From an uncultured Chlamydiae bacterium (lineage in GTDB: Bacteria; Chlamydiota; Chlamydiia; Chlamydiales; SM23-39): DNA of 64,000 bases. The notes beneath the pieces were generated by a model that saw only the letters and a list, made by a program, of their open reading frames with translations, searched no databases and was not told the origin of the DNA. Below, piece after piece: positions 22,883 through 33,049 of this stretch. The stretch covers positions 1,440,001 to 1,504,000 of the forward strand of contig CAWHDP010000002.1 of the NCBI GenBank assembly GCA_963828125.1. Reading direction: 5' to 3'. A program made the position numbers and the translations under genes. Each line of letters begins with the position of its first letter. Positions within the stretch are counted from its first letter, which is position 1.

Positions 22883-23628
22883 TGATGTCAAAATTTAACG
22901 ATCTTCTCAATCTGCGGTTCAAACAAAAAGAGACCCAGCAGACAAAAATGACAGCCCTTGTCGAGCGCTCCAACAACGGGGATCTCTCGAGTTTCTCCGG
23001 AGTTTTCCGCGTTGCGCAACTCAACGAAAAAGAAAAAGCCGACATCGAAATGATTTTGCGCAATTTTCGCCAGGATGAATCGGCAGATTACGAAGTCGAT
23101 TTGAAGGCGCTGACAGCCATCACCTCAGAGGTGAAAGCGATCACAAACCAAGCCGTGATTCTGCACGGCGAGCGGATCAAACGGGCCCAAGAGATTTTGA
23201 AGAAATATAGAGAGGGCGCATTCACAGCGTGGCTTTTTTCGACATATGGCAATCGGCAAACGCCCTACAATTTTTTGCAGTATTATGAATTTTACACGAT
23301 CCTCCCGCCCACTCTGCACCCTAAGCTCGATCAAATGCCCCGCCAAGCGGTCTATAGCCTCGCAAGTAGAGAGGGCGATTTTGAGAAAAAGGAGACGATC
23401 GTCAAAAATTACACAGGGCAGGCGAAAGAGGAGCTTTTAAGACTTATTCGGCTCGAGTTTCCCCTGGCTGAAGAGGACAAAAGACAACCCAACTTTGCCC
23501 ACAACGCCATCCAATTTCTCAAACGGGCTCGCGAGATGGTGAAAAGTCCCCACTGCACGCTGCAAGCTGGCCAAGCGGAGCAAATAAAGACGCTTCTCGC
23601 TCAGATTCAGGCGCTGATCGAAAAGTAG
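22882..23628 (+). CDS. pGP6-D-like (CT583 family) protein
   Basis: QAVILHGERIKRAQEIL..YREGAFTAWL..YGNRQTPYNFLQYYEF; translationally coupled to parA. Confidence 0.85.
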   Translation: MMSKFNDLLNLRFKQKETQQTKMTALVERSNNGDLSSFSGVFRVAQLNEKEKADIEMILRNFRQDESADYEVDLKALTAITSEVKAITNQAVILHGERIKRAQEILKKYREGAFTAWLFSTYGNRQTPYNFLQYYEFYTILPPTLHPKLDQMPRQAVYSLASREGDFEKKETIVKNYTGQAKEELLRLIRLEFPLAEEDKRQPNFAHNAIQFLKRAREMVKSPHCTLQAGQAEQIKTLLAQIQALIEK

Positions 23629-23639
23629 GCCCGAGGTCT

Positions 23640-25019
23640 ATGGAATACATCTCCCCCTTTTCGGCGCGCTATAGCAGTCCGGAGATGTCTTCTCTTTTTT
23701 CGGCCCATTTTAAAATGACCACCTTCCGAAGGCTGTGGGTTTCCCTGGCTAAAGCGGAGAAAAAACTCGGCCTTCCGATCACCCAGCAGCAAATCGCTCA
23801 GCTCGAACGCCACGTCGATCGGATCGATTTTGCAGTCGTAGAAAATTACGAGAAGAAATTCCGGCACGACGTAATGGCCCACATTCACGCCTTCGGAGAT
23901 CAGTGCCCCGACGCCAAACCGATCATCCATCTCGGCGCCACCTCGACCTTTGTCACCGACAACACCGATCTCATCCAGCTGAAAAAAGGGCTTCAGATCC
24001 TCAAAGCGAAACTCATCGAAGCGATCCGGCTCCTTGCCCGGCTCGCCGAACAAGAGGCCGACTCTCCTTGTCTGGCCTACACCCACTATCAAAGCGCCCA
24101 GCCCACCACTATCGGCAAGAGAGCCTCTCTTTGGCTCCAAGACCTTCTCCTCGACGCCCAAGAGATCGAGCGGCACATCGAGACCCTCCCATTCCTTGGC
24201 GCCAAAGGGGCGACCGGCACGCAAGCCTCCTTCCTCGCCCTCTTCGAGGGCGACGCTCCCAAAGTCAAAGAACTCGAAACCCTCATTGCGACCGATTTTG
24301 GATTTTCCAAGATCCTCCCGATCTCGGGCCAAACCTATACCCGAAAGCTCGACCTCAACATTCTCAATACCATCGCCTCCCTAGCGGCCAGCTGCCACAA
24401 AATGGCCACCGATGTGAGACTCCTTGCCCACGACGGCGAGCTTTCCGAATCGCCCACTGACACCCAAGTCGGCTCATCCGCTATGCCCTATAAAAGGAAC
24501 CCGATCTATTCAGAGCGGATCTGCGGTCTAGCTCGGTTCGTCATCTCGCTTGCCCAAAATCCTGCCTACACCGCCGCCACCCAATGGCTCGAGAGGAGTC
24601 TCGACGACTCGGCCAACCGCCGCCTCTGCATCCCCGAATCGTTCCTCGGCGCCGACGCGATCCTCAATCTCTTGATCCATCTCCTCAGCCACCTCGCCAT
24701 CGATCCGCAACGGGCCCTTGAGAACCTCCAAGGACAAATGCACCATGTCGCGATGGAAAATATCTTGATGCTCGCCGTGAAAAAAGGGGGAGACCGGCAA
24801 ATTGTGCATGAACAATTGCGAAAGCTAGCCCATCAGAGGAGCCCCGACATAGCCAAAGAGCTTGGACTGAATCCAAAAGAGCTAGAACCCTATCTCGCCC
24901 CCTCCAAACTCATTGGACGGGCGCCAGATCAGACTCGTGAATTTTTGAAAAGGGAGGTCGAGCCGTTTTTATGGCGGCACAAAGATGTTTCAGCCTCTGT
25001 GCCGCCGATTGAAATCTAA
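23640..25019 (+). CDS. purB: Adenylosuccinate lyase
   Basis: RHDVMAH, HLGATS, THYQSAQPTT, fumarate-lyase signature GSSAMPYKRNP and ERSLDDSA. Confidence 0.95.
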   Translation: MEYISPFSARYSSPEMSSLFSAHFKMTTFRRLWVSLAKAEKKLGLPITQQQIAQLERHVDRIDFAVVENYEKKFRHDVMAHIHAFGDQCPDAKPIIHLGATSTFVTDNTDLIQLKKGLQILKAKLIEAIRLLARLAEQEADSPCLAYTHYQSAQPTTIGKRASLWLQDLLLDAQEIERHIETLPFLGAKGATGTQASFLALFEGDAPKVKELETLIATDFGFSKILPISGQTYTRKLDLNILNTIASLAASCHKMATDVRLLAHDGELSESPTDTQVGSSAMPYKRNPIYSERICGLARFVISLAQNPAYTAATQWLERSLDDSANRRLCIPESFLGADAILNLLIHLLSHLAIDPQRALENLQGQMHHVAMENILMLAVKKGGDRQIVHEQLRKLAHQRSPDIAKELGLNPKELEPYLAPSKLIGRAPDQTREFLKREVEPFLWRHKDVSASVPPIEI

Positions 25020-25402
25020 TAGGTGAAATAGTTTTTCCAGGTGAGGATTTCTGATTTAGAGATCGTGCCGTCGGACTCGGTCCATCTCCCCTCTAGATCG
25101 CCCCAAACATTGACCCTATAAGAAGCCACGCCCCAAAAAGAGGGGTTGGAGGCGTCGACAAATGCCACACTGAAAATATCATCGCGGAGAATGCCCACGC
25201 CGATCTGCGCTTGTCTGGAACCAATTCTCCAAATGACGCTATAGTTATCTCCCTGCGGCGCAATCACTACCTCCCCCTCATAGCCAGAACCCCAGCTACT
25301 GTTGCCGCCGCTTAAATCATAAGTGCCCGTCTTTAACGTCCAAGCATACGCCCCACTCGTTAAAGTCAGAAACATCGTCATCAAAAAGAACATTTTTTTC
25401 AT
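25016..25402 (-). CDS. Small secreted beta-rich hypothetical protein
   Basis: GAGGT RBS, classical signal peptide MKKMFF...AYA, 128 aa. Confidence 0.7.
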   Translation of the reverse strand: MKKMFFLMTMFLTLTSGAYAWTLKTGTYDLSGGNSSWGSGYEGEVVIAPQGDNYSVIWRIGSRQAQIGVGILRDDIFSVAFVDASNPSFWGVASYRVNVWGDLEGRWTESDGTISKSEILTWKNYFTY

Positions 25403-25454
25403 ATTTACCTCACTTTGTTAATGATTTTTTTACAAGGGAGAGATCCTAATCCTT

Positions 25455-28400
25455 CTAACGAATAATGTAAAGAGAGCGCTTCACCGTCGCCTTTAGTTGG
25501 AGATTCTGAAAGTAGAAATAGCGGAGGAAAAGTGAAGAATTCTCAAATGCCTCAGGGGGATACCGGAGGGTCTTTCGGACGCCATTCGCAGTTAGGGTGA
25601 CGTAACGCCCTTGCGTTTGCTCCTTCGGGGGAGCCACCTCATTTCGGACTTTGGATTGAACTACCTCGCCAGTCAATTCCTCCGCAGTCTGTACTTCATA
25701 ATAAATGGGAAAATTTTCGGGACTCACTCTCATTATCAGATTAAGCAGAGTTGTCCTGGTTGAAGTTTGGAATAGCTCTCTACATTGTTTCACAAAGTCT
25801 TCGTTGGCGTCAGGAGCGTACCAATCTGCCATGACTTTTTCAGTCATTAGTGCTGCAGGGATGAGAGAGAGTCGGTCTTCATTAGGAAAAATATGCCCTT
25901 CCATAGCCACCGTCCGGGCGTCCAATTTTGAAACGTCAGACAGCGGGAGAGTGCCGATGCAACGGAAAAAGCACATCCGGTAGGCTTTTTTGAGCGCTAC
26001 TAAAAACTCCCAAATTTTTTCGATATAAGATGGAGATAAGAGCTTTATATAGTTAGCTAATGTCTCCGTAACACCCGTATAGCAAAGAGCCCATGATTGA
26101 GGTGTTTCATCTAGTGGGGATGAGGAAGGCTCAGCCTCCTCTCTAAGGACATGTTGGCCCAAATCTCTCAACAGACCATAAAAAGGCTCGCGGATCCTCT
26201 CTTTGTCCATTGCCGTAGCAGAGACATTTGTGGGGATGAAAGCGGAAACAGCCGTCATGGTGTTAATGTCAAAAAAAGAGAGGTGAAAAATAGGTTGATC
26301 GTTACAAATTTCCCAATTCAAGTACACTCCAATGGAAGCCCCCGTCTGGATGAACTTCAGTAATCCTAAGTGGGTGGCCCAGACCCGCTCTCCCCACTCA
26401 ACCCCCGTATCGGAGATGCTTGTGATCCGCAAACTATCGGTCAGCGGTTGGAGCGGAGGGAAGAATCGGGAAAGGATCGCATCATGGAGACTCCTGCCGA
26501 ATTGATCGCCGCAAATAGCCTCCAAGGGCTGAATAAAATTCGATACAGATCTGATAATAGTCTGATAGGCTACCTGATTGATCACAAACCGATCTAAGTC
26601 TTGATCAGCCAAATACTTAAGAAGTCGATTCAAATTTTCGACATCATTTATTTCGGGCTGATGCCGATAGAGCAAAGCGATATTTTCTTGTCTAAAGGCG
26701 GGGCAAAACTGGATCAATTGTGTAATATTTTCCACAAATTTTTCCATCTGATCCCCCTTTCCTTCCACCTGAATTCTCAGTATTTTCAAATAAATTGGGT
26801 AAATCTGCTCACTATTGAATCCATATTGTTCTTGAATACCGATAGCTGTTTGCTGCGCTATTTGTCGAGTCGCTTCCTGGGGCAGTTGTTCCCAACAAAA
26901 CAATGGATCTTCGCTAGAGAGCGCCTCCCATACAAGATTTTCGGTTAGGTTCAGCTTGTCCCATCGGAGAAGTTGAAAACTTGCATCGAATGGACAGATG
27001 ATATAGCGCCTCAGCAATAACCAATAATTTTGGTCTGTTAATGGAAAATATTGTATTTGGTTAATAAAGTTATCTATTTTTATAAGCAATAGCTTAGTTT
27101 CCAAATTCTCTTCCCACGTCTTAGACCAAAGAATCGGCGGGGAAAAAAACAAAGCTTCCATGTGTGGACGTGCCTTTCCTTTATTGAGAAATGCTCCAAT
27201 TACCCGTTTATAGGCCTCCAGTAATTGATGGCTGGCTCGTGGGTCCAACTGATGTCCGTTCCTTGTAGAAAAATCGAGGGCAGACGCCAGATCCATAGCA
27301 AAATGACCTGGCGCCAGATAAGCAAACTCGGTAAGCGTTGAAATCCACCCAGTCCGTTGGGGGGAGATCCAGAGCCAAAATAACAGATCCCAGCATTGAC
27401 GGGTTTTTAACAAATACTCAAGCTCGTCCTCTATAAATATAGATTGAAGCTGTTTGCCGTGGATGGCCTGTAAAATCTGTTTTAGTCCTCTCCAGGATTC
27501 CTCAAATGTCCTTCCATTAGCTGTTGTTAATTTTTTTGAGGCAAAGTCTGGGATTTTCTCCGAATCGAAGGTGTCACGCATATGAAGCAAAGTAATCAAC
27601 AGAGCCGAATAATCGTTCGGGAGGACGTTGGTTCCTTGCTTCAGAAAAAGGAAAAGTTGAAGAGATAAAATCAGCGGCGTAGAGGAACGATTCGAGAGGG
27701 GAACTTGCAGAAATTTCTCTGGGTCTGTCGCAAAAAAGCAAAGTTCATGCCGGATCTGTTCGCACAGAAAATCCTCATCCAATTTCTTCCTGACTATGGG
27801 AGGGATAGGAATACTAAGATTTGTTTTGATGGCTTCGATCGAATAATAGATTAAAAATGCCCGAAAGCTCTTCGTGGAGAACTGATAATGCTGCACCTCT
27901 TCGATTGGAGCTTGAGAGATCCAATCTGTGATCTCAAGCGCATTCAAAAGCTGTTGAAGCTCGGATTCTTTCCCGCTCACCTTCGCCCACGCTTGAAGCA
28001 TCTGATGAAAAAATAGGATCTGTCGGCCACACCTGAGCGCCCCTTGGCAATAAATTTGCACCGCAGCCTTCTGCATCTCCGGAGTCAAGGGCTCGAGGGG
28101 CTGAGGTGAGGCAGGAGGCTCCCCCTTACGCTCCTCCTGTTCTCTAGGCTTTAGACGTTCCATCATTTTATAAAACGTCTGTATCCTGATGGGTTCGATC
28201 TCCAGAGGGAAAGGATGTATTTCGCCAGAACGTTTTTTCAAGATGGCAAAAATAGCTACCCGGCTTACCTTGCTGCCATATTGATCGATAACAGCTTTTG
28301 TTCTAGGCCAACAATCGGTAAGAGGGCGATACTCCGTCGCTCCTTTCTGCATATTCTCCTGGATCTCATACAAAACTCCATACATGGCGTTGAATTGAGG

Positions 28401-28574
28401 AAGAATGGTCTGCGGCAAATGGCTTGAGATCTGCTTTACATGCTGAGCATTAAAGACTGCGAGAAGGAGCGAAGTAATATCATCAATCTCCTCCCGTGTT
28501 TGAACACTCCATTCCCGCTTGTTTGTTCGCAACATGTCCAATTCCCGTGCTACGGAATTCTGTATTTTATTCAT
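25455..28574 (-). CDS. Large helical orphan protein (1,039 aa), possible effector
   Basis: Long ORF directly after the upstream stop (TAA-ATG); no motif recognised. Confidence 0.7.
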   Translation of the reverse strand: MNKIQNSVARELDMLRTNKREWSVQTREEIDDITSLLLAVFNAQHVKQISSHLPQTILPQFNAMYGVLYEIQENMQKGATEYRPLTDCWPRTKAVIDQYGSKVSRVAIFAILKKRSGEIHPFPLEIEPIRIQTFYKMMERLKPREQEERKGEPPASPQPLEPLTPEMQKAAVQIYCQGALRCGRQILFFHQMLQAWAKVSGKESELQQLLNALEITDWISQAPIEEVQHYQFSTKSFRAFLIYYSIEAIKTNLSIPIPPIVRKKLDEDFLCEQIRHELCFFATDPEKFLQVPLSNRSSTPLILSLQLFLFLKQGTNVLPNDYSALLITLLHMRDTFDSEKIPDFASKKLTTANGRTFEESWRGLKQILQAIHGKQLQSIFIEDELEYLLKTRQCWDLLFWLWISPQRTGWISTLTEFAYLAPGHFAMDLASALDFSTRNGHQLDPRASHQLLEAYKRVIGAFLNKGKARPHMEALFFSPPILWSKTWEENLETKLLLIKIDNFINQIQYFPLTDQNYWLLLRRYIICPFDASFQLLRWDKLNLTENLVWEALSSEDPLFCWEQLPQEATRQIAQQTAIGIQEQYGFNSEQIYPIYLKILRIQVEGKGDQMEKFVENITQLIQFCPAFRQENIALLYRHQPEINDVENLNRLLKYLADQDLDRFVINQVAYQTIIRSVSNFIQPLEAICGDQFGRSLHDAILSRFFPPLQPLTDSLRITSISDTGVEWGERVWATHLGLLKFIQTGASIGVYLNWEICNDQPIFHLSFFDINTMTAVSAFIPTNVSATAMDKERIREPFYGLLRDLGQHVLREEAEPSSSPLDETPQSWALCYTGVTETLANYIKLLSPSYIEKIWEFLVALKKAYRMCFFRCIGTLPLSDVSKLDARTVAMEGHIFPNEDRLSLIPAALMTEKVMADWYAPDANEDFVKQCRELFQTSTRTTLLNLIMRVSPENFPIYYEVQTAEELTGEVVQSKVRNEVAPPKEQTQGRYVTLTANGVRKTLRYPPEAFENSSLFLRYFYFQNLQLKATVKRSLYIIR

Positions 28575-30020
28575 TTAAGCGTTCCCTTTAACAGCGGCGT
28601 CGGTCGTTAACATCCCATTTACCAACATCATTAAAGGAACCATCAACGTCGCGCTACCCATTCGTTCAGAGGTGGTTTTCATGAGCTCGCACGCCATGGA
28701 GACGCCATAGGCTCCCCAAGCAGCAAAGGTGATCCCTTTATAATAGGAGTCTTGAAGAGAGACAGTCGCCTGAGAATCCAACTTCAACACTTGCGTCCCC
28801 GCGTAGTACAAGTAAAGAGGATCGATTCCCAAAATTCGGAAAGAGGCCCAAAAATGAACCAAGCTCCAATTTAGGAAACCTTTTGAGCCATTTAGGGCTA
28901 ATTTTTCGTCGCTATATTTAGCCCATAGATAGGTCGGTATAAAGCAACTGAGCATTGAGCCCATAGCGATGTATGAATTGATATCATTGTCTGGCAAAGA
29001 AAGGAGCCAACTGGTGACGCCCACCACGCTCACAAATGAAAAGAAGGGGACTGCGTAACGCCAAACTTTGTAAGCTGCGTAGCCGCACCCAGATTGAGTG
29101 GACTCAGGAGGGTCCAGCTTGATAAACTCACTCAGCTCTGCCTCGGACAGCTTGTGGATTCTCCGCATTTCCCCCTGGCCGGTAAACCCGCTGAAAAATC
29201 CTAACACAATTCCTGCGCCCCATAAGGGTATAGGGATCAAGCCCGCAAGGCTTGCCACTCTCAAAACGTATCCCGCTGTATTGACACATGTTTTGGCCGT
29301 TCTCCATTTAGTTCCATGGACCTCACTTAAAGTTCCCGGCCTAATATCCCGGTTTTCGATTTCACGATCGATCCCGGTAGAACACGCTGTGCCGAGTAGT
29401 TGAGCCCCATAGACTGCCGCAAAAAAATAGGAAAATCCTTGAGAAATCCGATCATTTGGAAAAATCATGTTAGCTGCGGCGATGCACGCACCGGTAGCCG
29501 CTATTTTTAATACATGAGCCACTACACTGGGAATCAATGGTTTATAATTCATCTTAGCTCCCTCTGAAGAGGAGGTGTGTTCTACGCGAACACCCTGTTC
29601 CTGGTAGAGCCGGGTCAATGCCACTGCGATGTTCGCTCCAAATAACGCGATAATCGATTGAGTCAGACCGATTTGAACCTTTCGACTCGTGGCGTTCGCG
29701 TATCCCTGACTCAAGTCAAAAGCGCTCACCTGTCCGAACAGCGTTGAAGTCACATGCATGGCCCTCTGAAGAGAGGTGCCTTGAAATATCGACTGGATGG
29801 CCATCTGACCAAAAATCCCTGCAGATAAAGAGGCCAATGCATTGGATACGTTAGAGTAATTAGCCAATTCCCAAGCCACACATCCAGCCGCCGCTCCCAC
29901 TGTAACGGCTGTCCACAGCCGACCCTTCCATCGGCTGGTTTGAGGAAGCGGCTCTGGAGAAGGTAAGTCTTGGGGATTGTCAAGAAGAACATAATTTGAA
30001 GGACTCGTGGACACACACAC
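28575..30020 (-). CDS. Polytopic membrane protein with S/P-rich N-terminus (Inc-like/effector-like)
   Basis: 481 aa, several paired hydrophobic hairpins, hydrophilic N-terminus MCVSTSPSNY..., no signal peptide. Confidence 0.65.
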   Translation of the reverse strand: MCVSTSPSNYVLLDNPQDLPSPEPLPQTSRWKGRLWTAVTVGAAAGCVAWELANYSNVSNALASLSAGIFGQMAIQSIFQGTSLQRAMHVTSTLFGQVSAFDLSQGYANATSRKVQIGLTQSIIALFGANIAVALTRLYQEQGVRVEHTSSSEGAKMNYKPLIPSVVAHVLKIAATGACIAAANMIFPNDRISQGFSYFFAAVYGAQLLGTACSTGIDREIENRDIRPGTLSEVHGTKWRTAKTCVNTAGYVLRVASLAGLIPIPLWGAGIVLGFFSGFTGQGEMRRIHKLSEAELSEFIKLDPPESTQSGCGYAAYKVWRYAVPFFSFVSVVGVTSWLLSLPDNDINSYIAMGSMLSCFIPTYLWAKYSDEKLALNGSKGFLNWSLVHFWASFRILGIDPLYLYYAGTQVLKLDSQATVSLQDSYYKGITFAAWGAYGVSMACELMKTTSERMGSATLMVPLMMLVNGMLTTDAAVKGNA

Positions 30021-30058
30021 TCCAATAAAAGTTTTTTGGAGTATGTTGCAACGAATAT

Positions 30059-30418
30059 TTAAATATAGTCAAGAAAGAATTTAGAATGCTCTTGGGCGAT
30101 CTCTGACAGCATTTGGTGGCAATGCTGGGACATTTGCCAAAATTGGTCGACTTGAGCGCGTAAAGAATCCGTCAGACTGAAAGGGACTTCTTGAACGAGC
30201 AGCACCCTGTGTCCTTCCAAGCGGTAAGAGGTGACGTGCGGCTTGAAAGTGGAATTTTTCCTCGCGTTCACATAATCTTTGACTTCTACCGGCAGCCCTT
30301 CGACGTCCGAAAAAACCGGCACAGAGAAACGGAAGAGCCGTCTCTCCTTATCAAAATCGATTTGAACCTGCCCCCTTTGCGGATAGGAGAGCAACCGATC
30401 AATGAACTCCCTGAACAT
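30059..30418 (-). CDS. Small hypothetical protein, possibly a T3SS-chaperone-like fold
   Basis: GAGG RBS before ATG 30418 (MFREFIDRLL...), TGCTACAAT extended -10 upstream, C-terminal amphipathic helix. The fold is a guess. Confidence 0.55.
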   Translation of the reverse strand: MFREFIDRLLSYPQRGQVQIDFDKERRLFRFSVPVFSDVEGLPVEVKDYVNARKNSTFKPHVTSYRLEGHRVLLVQEVPFSLTDSLRAQVDQFWQMSQHCHQMLSEIAQEHSKFFLDYI

Positions 30419-30473
30419 TTTCGACCTCGCCTCAGAGCTATTGTAGCAGACTGACCGTATTTTGCTCCATGTA

Positions 30474-30521
30474 TATACTGCGGCCACCCCAAATTCACAC
30501 TTTTGGGGTAGCCGCAGTATA
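30474..30521. mobile_element. MITE-like palindromic element, internally deleted copy
   Basis: TATACTGCGGCCACCCCAAATTCACACTTTTGGGGTAGCCGCAGTATA matches the reverse complement of the element at 62,877-62,960 minus 36 bp, with one substitution. Confidence 0.8.
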
Positions 30522-30585
30522 GATTGATTATTAAATCGGGTCTATTTATGATCGACGGTTCATTTTCACAAACTCTAGGCTTTCG

Positions 30586-31875
30586 ATGGAAAAAATGACC
30601 CGTTTTTTGATTGGCGCGCTTCTCTTGAGCGCTCCTCTGTTTACCCAATCTGAAATAATAACTCCCGTTGCCTCCCAGCCGGTGGCCCAAGGAGACGTTC
30701 AGTTCAATGAAAAAAGGAATCCCGAAGCCGACGACATGGAAGCACTGCGCCGCTGGATTCGCGATAAGCGGCTCGTCACAGTGAAAGAGATCGGCGGAGA
30801 TCTTTCGATTAGCGGCGAGGTGCGGGCCGAGTTTCAAGACACGAGCGAAGTGAAGAACGGCATTCGCCAAAGAGGGAGCGGCGGAGCTTTTGACAGGCCT
30901 CAATATGCTTGGGACCTCGAAGTCAATATCATGATCGATTACCGGACCGATCGGACCTGGACTGCGATCAAGCTGGAGTTTGACAACGACATGGGACAGC
31001 GGAGCGGCAAGGTAGATAAAATCCGGCTGGAGAAAGCCTATCTCGGCGGGCGGATTATTCCTGGCGACACATTCACCTTTGACGGCGAGATTGGACGGCG
31101 CTATCTGTTCAATGTGTTTGATTCAAAAATCGAATTCGGTTCTATCTATGACGGATTCCTTTTTCGCTTTAACAAAGCGTGGCCTCAGATTGGCGATTAT
31201 TATTTCAATATCGGGGCCCTTTTGGTCGATGACAAGACCGACCATTATGGCTATGTGATGGAGATGGGGGGCCTCCGGATCGCAAATGTGGGCCTCAACA
31301 TGAAATATTCGCTCATTGATTGGTACAAACCCTCTGCAAACGAGCTGAATGAACTCCGCTATAAATATCTTGTTTCGCAGTTTCTCGCTGTTTATCAATT
31401 TTATCCCGACTGGCTTGGGAAGCGGTTCATCAAGTTTTATGGGGCGGGACTCTGTAACCACTTGGCCTCTGGCGTTGTTCAAACTCATGGAAGGCGGCAA
31501 AATTTAGGCTGGTATGCAGGGATGTCAATAGGACTCGTGAAAAAAGCCTACGATTGGGCCATCGACGTAAACTATCAGTGGGCGCAGGCGCAACTGGTCC
31601 CCGACTTTGATCTCAGCGGTATTGGCCGAGGCAATACGGCAGCCGTCGGTTTTTACACCAATGCCCTCGACGGGAACCCTGATAAAGGGGCGACCACTGC
31701 TGCCACAGCGGTCGGCACCTGCAACTACAAAGGCTTCGAAATTGAGGCTCTGTACGCCTTCACCGATAGCTTGACCCTCCTCCAAAATTTCAAGTATTCA
31801 AACACTTTGAACACAAATATCGGCCCCAACATCCGCTATAAGCAATACGAGATGGAGTTCATATACGCTTTTTAA
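30586..31875 (+). CDS. Chlamydial outer-membrane beta-barrel protein (CT623 / 76-kDa-homologue-like)
   Basis: Signal peptide, amphipathic beta strands and C-terminal YEMEFIYAF. The family name is from memory only. Confidence 0.65.
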   Translation: MEKMTRFLIGALLLSAPLFTQSEIITPVASQPVAQGDVQFNEKRNPEADDMEALRRWIRDKRLVTVKEIGGDLSISGEVRAEFQDTSEVKNGIRQRGSGGAFDRPQYAWDLEVNIMIDYRTDRTWTAIKLEFDNDMGQRSGKVDKIRLEKAYLGGRIIPGDTFTFDGEIGRRYLFNVFDSKIEFGSIYDGFLFRFNKAWPQIGDYYFNIGALLVDDKTDHYGYVMEMGGLRIANVGLNMKYSLIDWYKPSANELNELRYKYLVSQFLAVYQFYPDWLGKRFIKFYGAGLCNHLASGVVQTHGRRQNLGWYAGMSIGLVKKAYDWAIDVNYQWAQAQLVPDFDLSGIGRGNTAAVGFYTNALDGNPDKGATTAATAVGTCNYKGFEIEALYAFTDSLTLLQNFKYSNTLNTNIGPNIRYKQYEMEFIYAF

Positions 31876-31999
31876 TGTCGGGCGTGCTGCATCGTGTTCT
31901 TGCCAAGGGGTCGTCCAACAATAACTTTTAGCCCGCACTGACAAATACAATTTACAATATTGCATCATCGGGTCAAAATAGTCCGTAAAACGAGGTTTT

Positions 32000-33049
32000 T
32001 TGATGAAGCGGGCGATGAGGCGGCTCTTGACTTTGGTGATTTGTGGATCGGAGATTTGTGCCGATTCAACGGAATGTACACCCCCTTGTTGGAGAGCTCT
32101 ATTTGAAGCGAACTGGGATCTTGGGTTCGGGTGCCGCCAAGACACACTCCGCTTCGTAGATTCTTATAAAACACAGCCGCTTTTGGGAGGGAATACTCTG
32201 ATCAGGGCGAACGATCATCAGAAGTGGAATGGCTTGAATATAGTGGAGCTAGAGGGATTCCTGTCTCTGGCTTACAAAAATTTCTATGTGCGCGGCCTTG
32301 CCGATTACGGATGGATTGTCGGAGGAGAGAACCCCGCAACCGACAGCCAGACGATTATGGGCGGCGGAATCACCGAGGCCCTTGCGACCTATACATCGGG
32401 CCGTACGCAGGGTTATGTGTGGGACGGATCTGGCGGCGTCGGCTATCAACTGCATTGGGATCGCGTTCACCTCATGGCGACGCCACTCATTGGCTATTCC
32501 TATCACAAGCAAAAAACAAACCAACCCAGCATCAGAGGATTTTCTAACCAAGATATCATTTCTGTGACTTCCTCCACTTACAGCGACACCGGCAACAGAA
32601 AAGCGATTTACAAATGGTATGGACCTTGGGTCGGGCTCGATTTAGCTTATTATCCAACATGCGCATTTAAAATTTTTGGCACTTATGAGTTCCATTGGGG
32701 ATGGAGCAGCCTGTTCGGCAAGGCAAATGTTTCGCTGATTCAAACATCTCCGCCAACTACTCCCCCTTTAACCGCCTCTGTAGTCGCATACCGAACCTAC
32801 AACGATGATCGGTCGACCGGCAATGACGCCTCTTTAGGTTTCTCCTACAAATTTTGTCACTGGACGGTCGGATTATTGGGGAATTACAAATATTGGAAAG
32901 TCAACCGCGGCAGCAACGTTAATAAATACGAAACATTGTCCATAGAACCTGAACCTGTCATAGGAAAAGGTTCCGCCGAAAAGATCAATTGGCAATCTTG
33001 GAGTCTCCTCGCAACCATTGGGTTTGATTTTATTTTAAAGAAGAAATGA
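32000..33049 (+). CDS. Outer-membrane beta-barrel protein (PomS/MOMP-like family of environmental chlamydiae)
   Basis: Cys-containing N-terminus, YVRGLADYGWI, PLIGYSYH, KWYGPWVG and C-terminal ATIGFDF. Confidence 0.65.
   Translation: MMKRAMRRLLTLVICGSEICADSTECTPPCWRALFEANWDLGFGCRQDTLRFVDSYKTQPLLGGNTLIRANDHQKWNGLNIVELEGFLSLAYKNFYVRGLADYGWIVGGENPATDSQTIMGGGITEALATYTSGRTQGYVWDGSGGVGYQLHWDRVHLMATPLIGYSYHKQKTNQPSIRGFSNQDIISVTSSTYSDTGNRKAIYKWYGPWVGLDLAYYPTCAFKIFGTYEFHWGWSSLFGKANVSLIQTSPPTTPPLTASVVAYRTYNDDRSTGNDASLGFSYKFCHWTVGLLGNYKYWKVNRGSNVNKYETLSIEPEPVIGKGSAEKINWQSWSLLATIGFDFILKKK

Noticed and set aside
22130..23628. Integrated chlamydial plasmid (pGP5/pGP6)
   Set aside because: thrS-parA-pGP6-D is the normal chromosomal arrangement in chlamydiae, and no other plasmid genes are present.
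30419..30487. N-terminal extension of ORF 30059-30487
   Set aside because: The upstream start lies in the MITE; RBS and -10 support ATG 30418.
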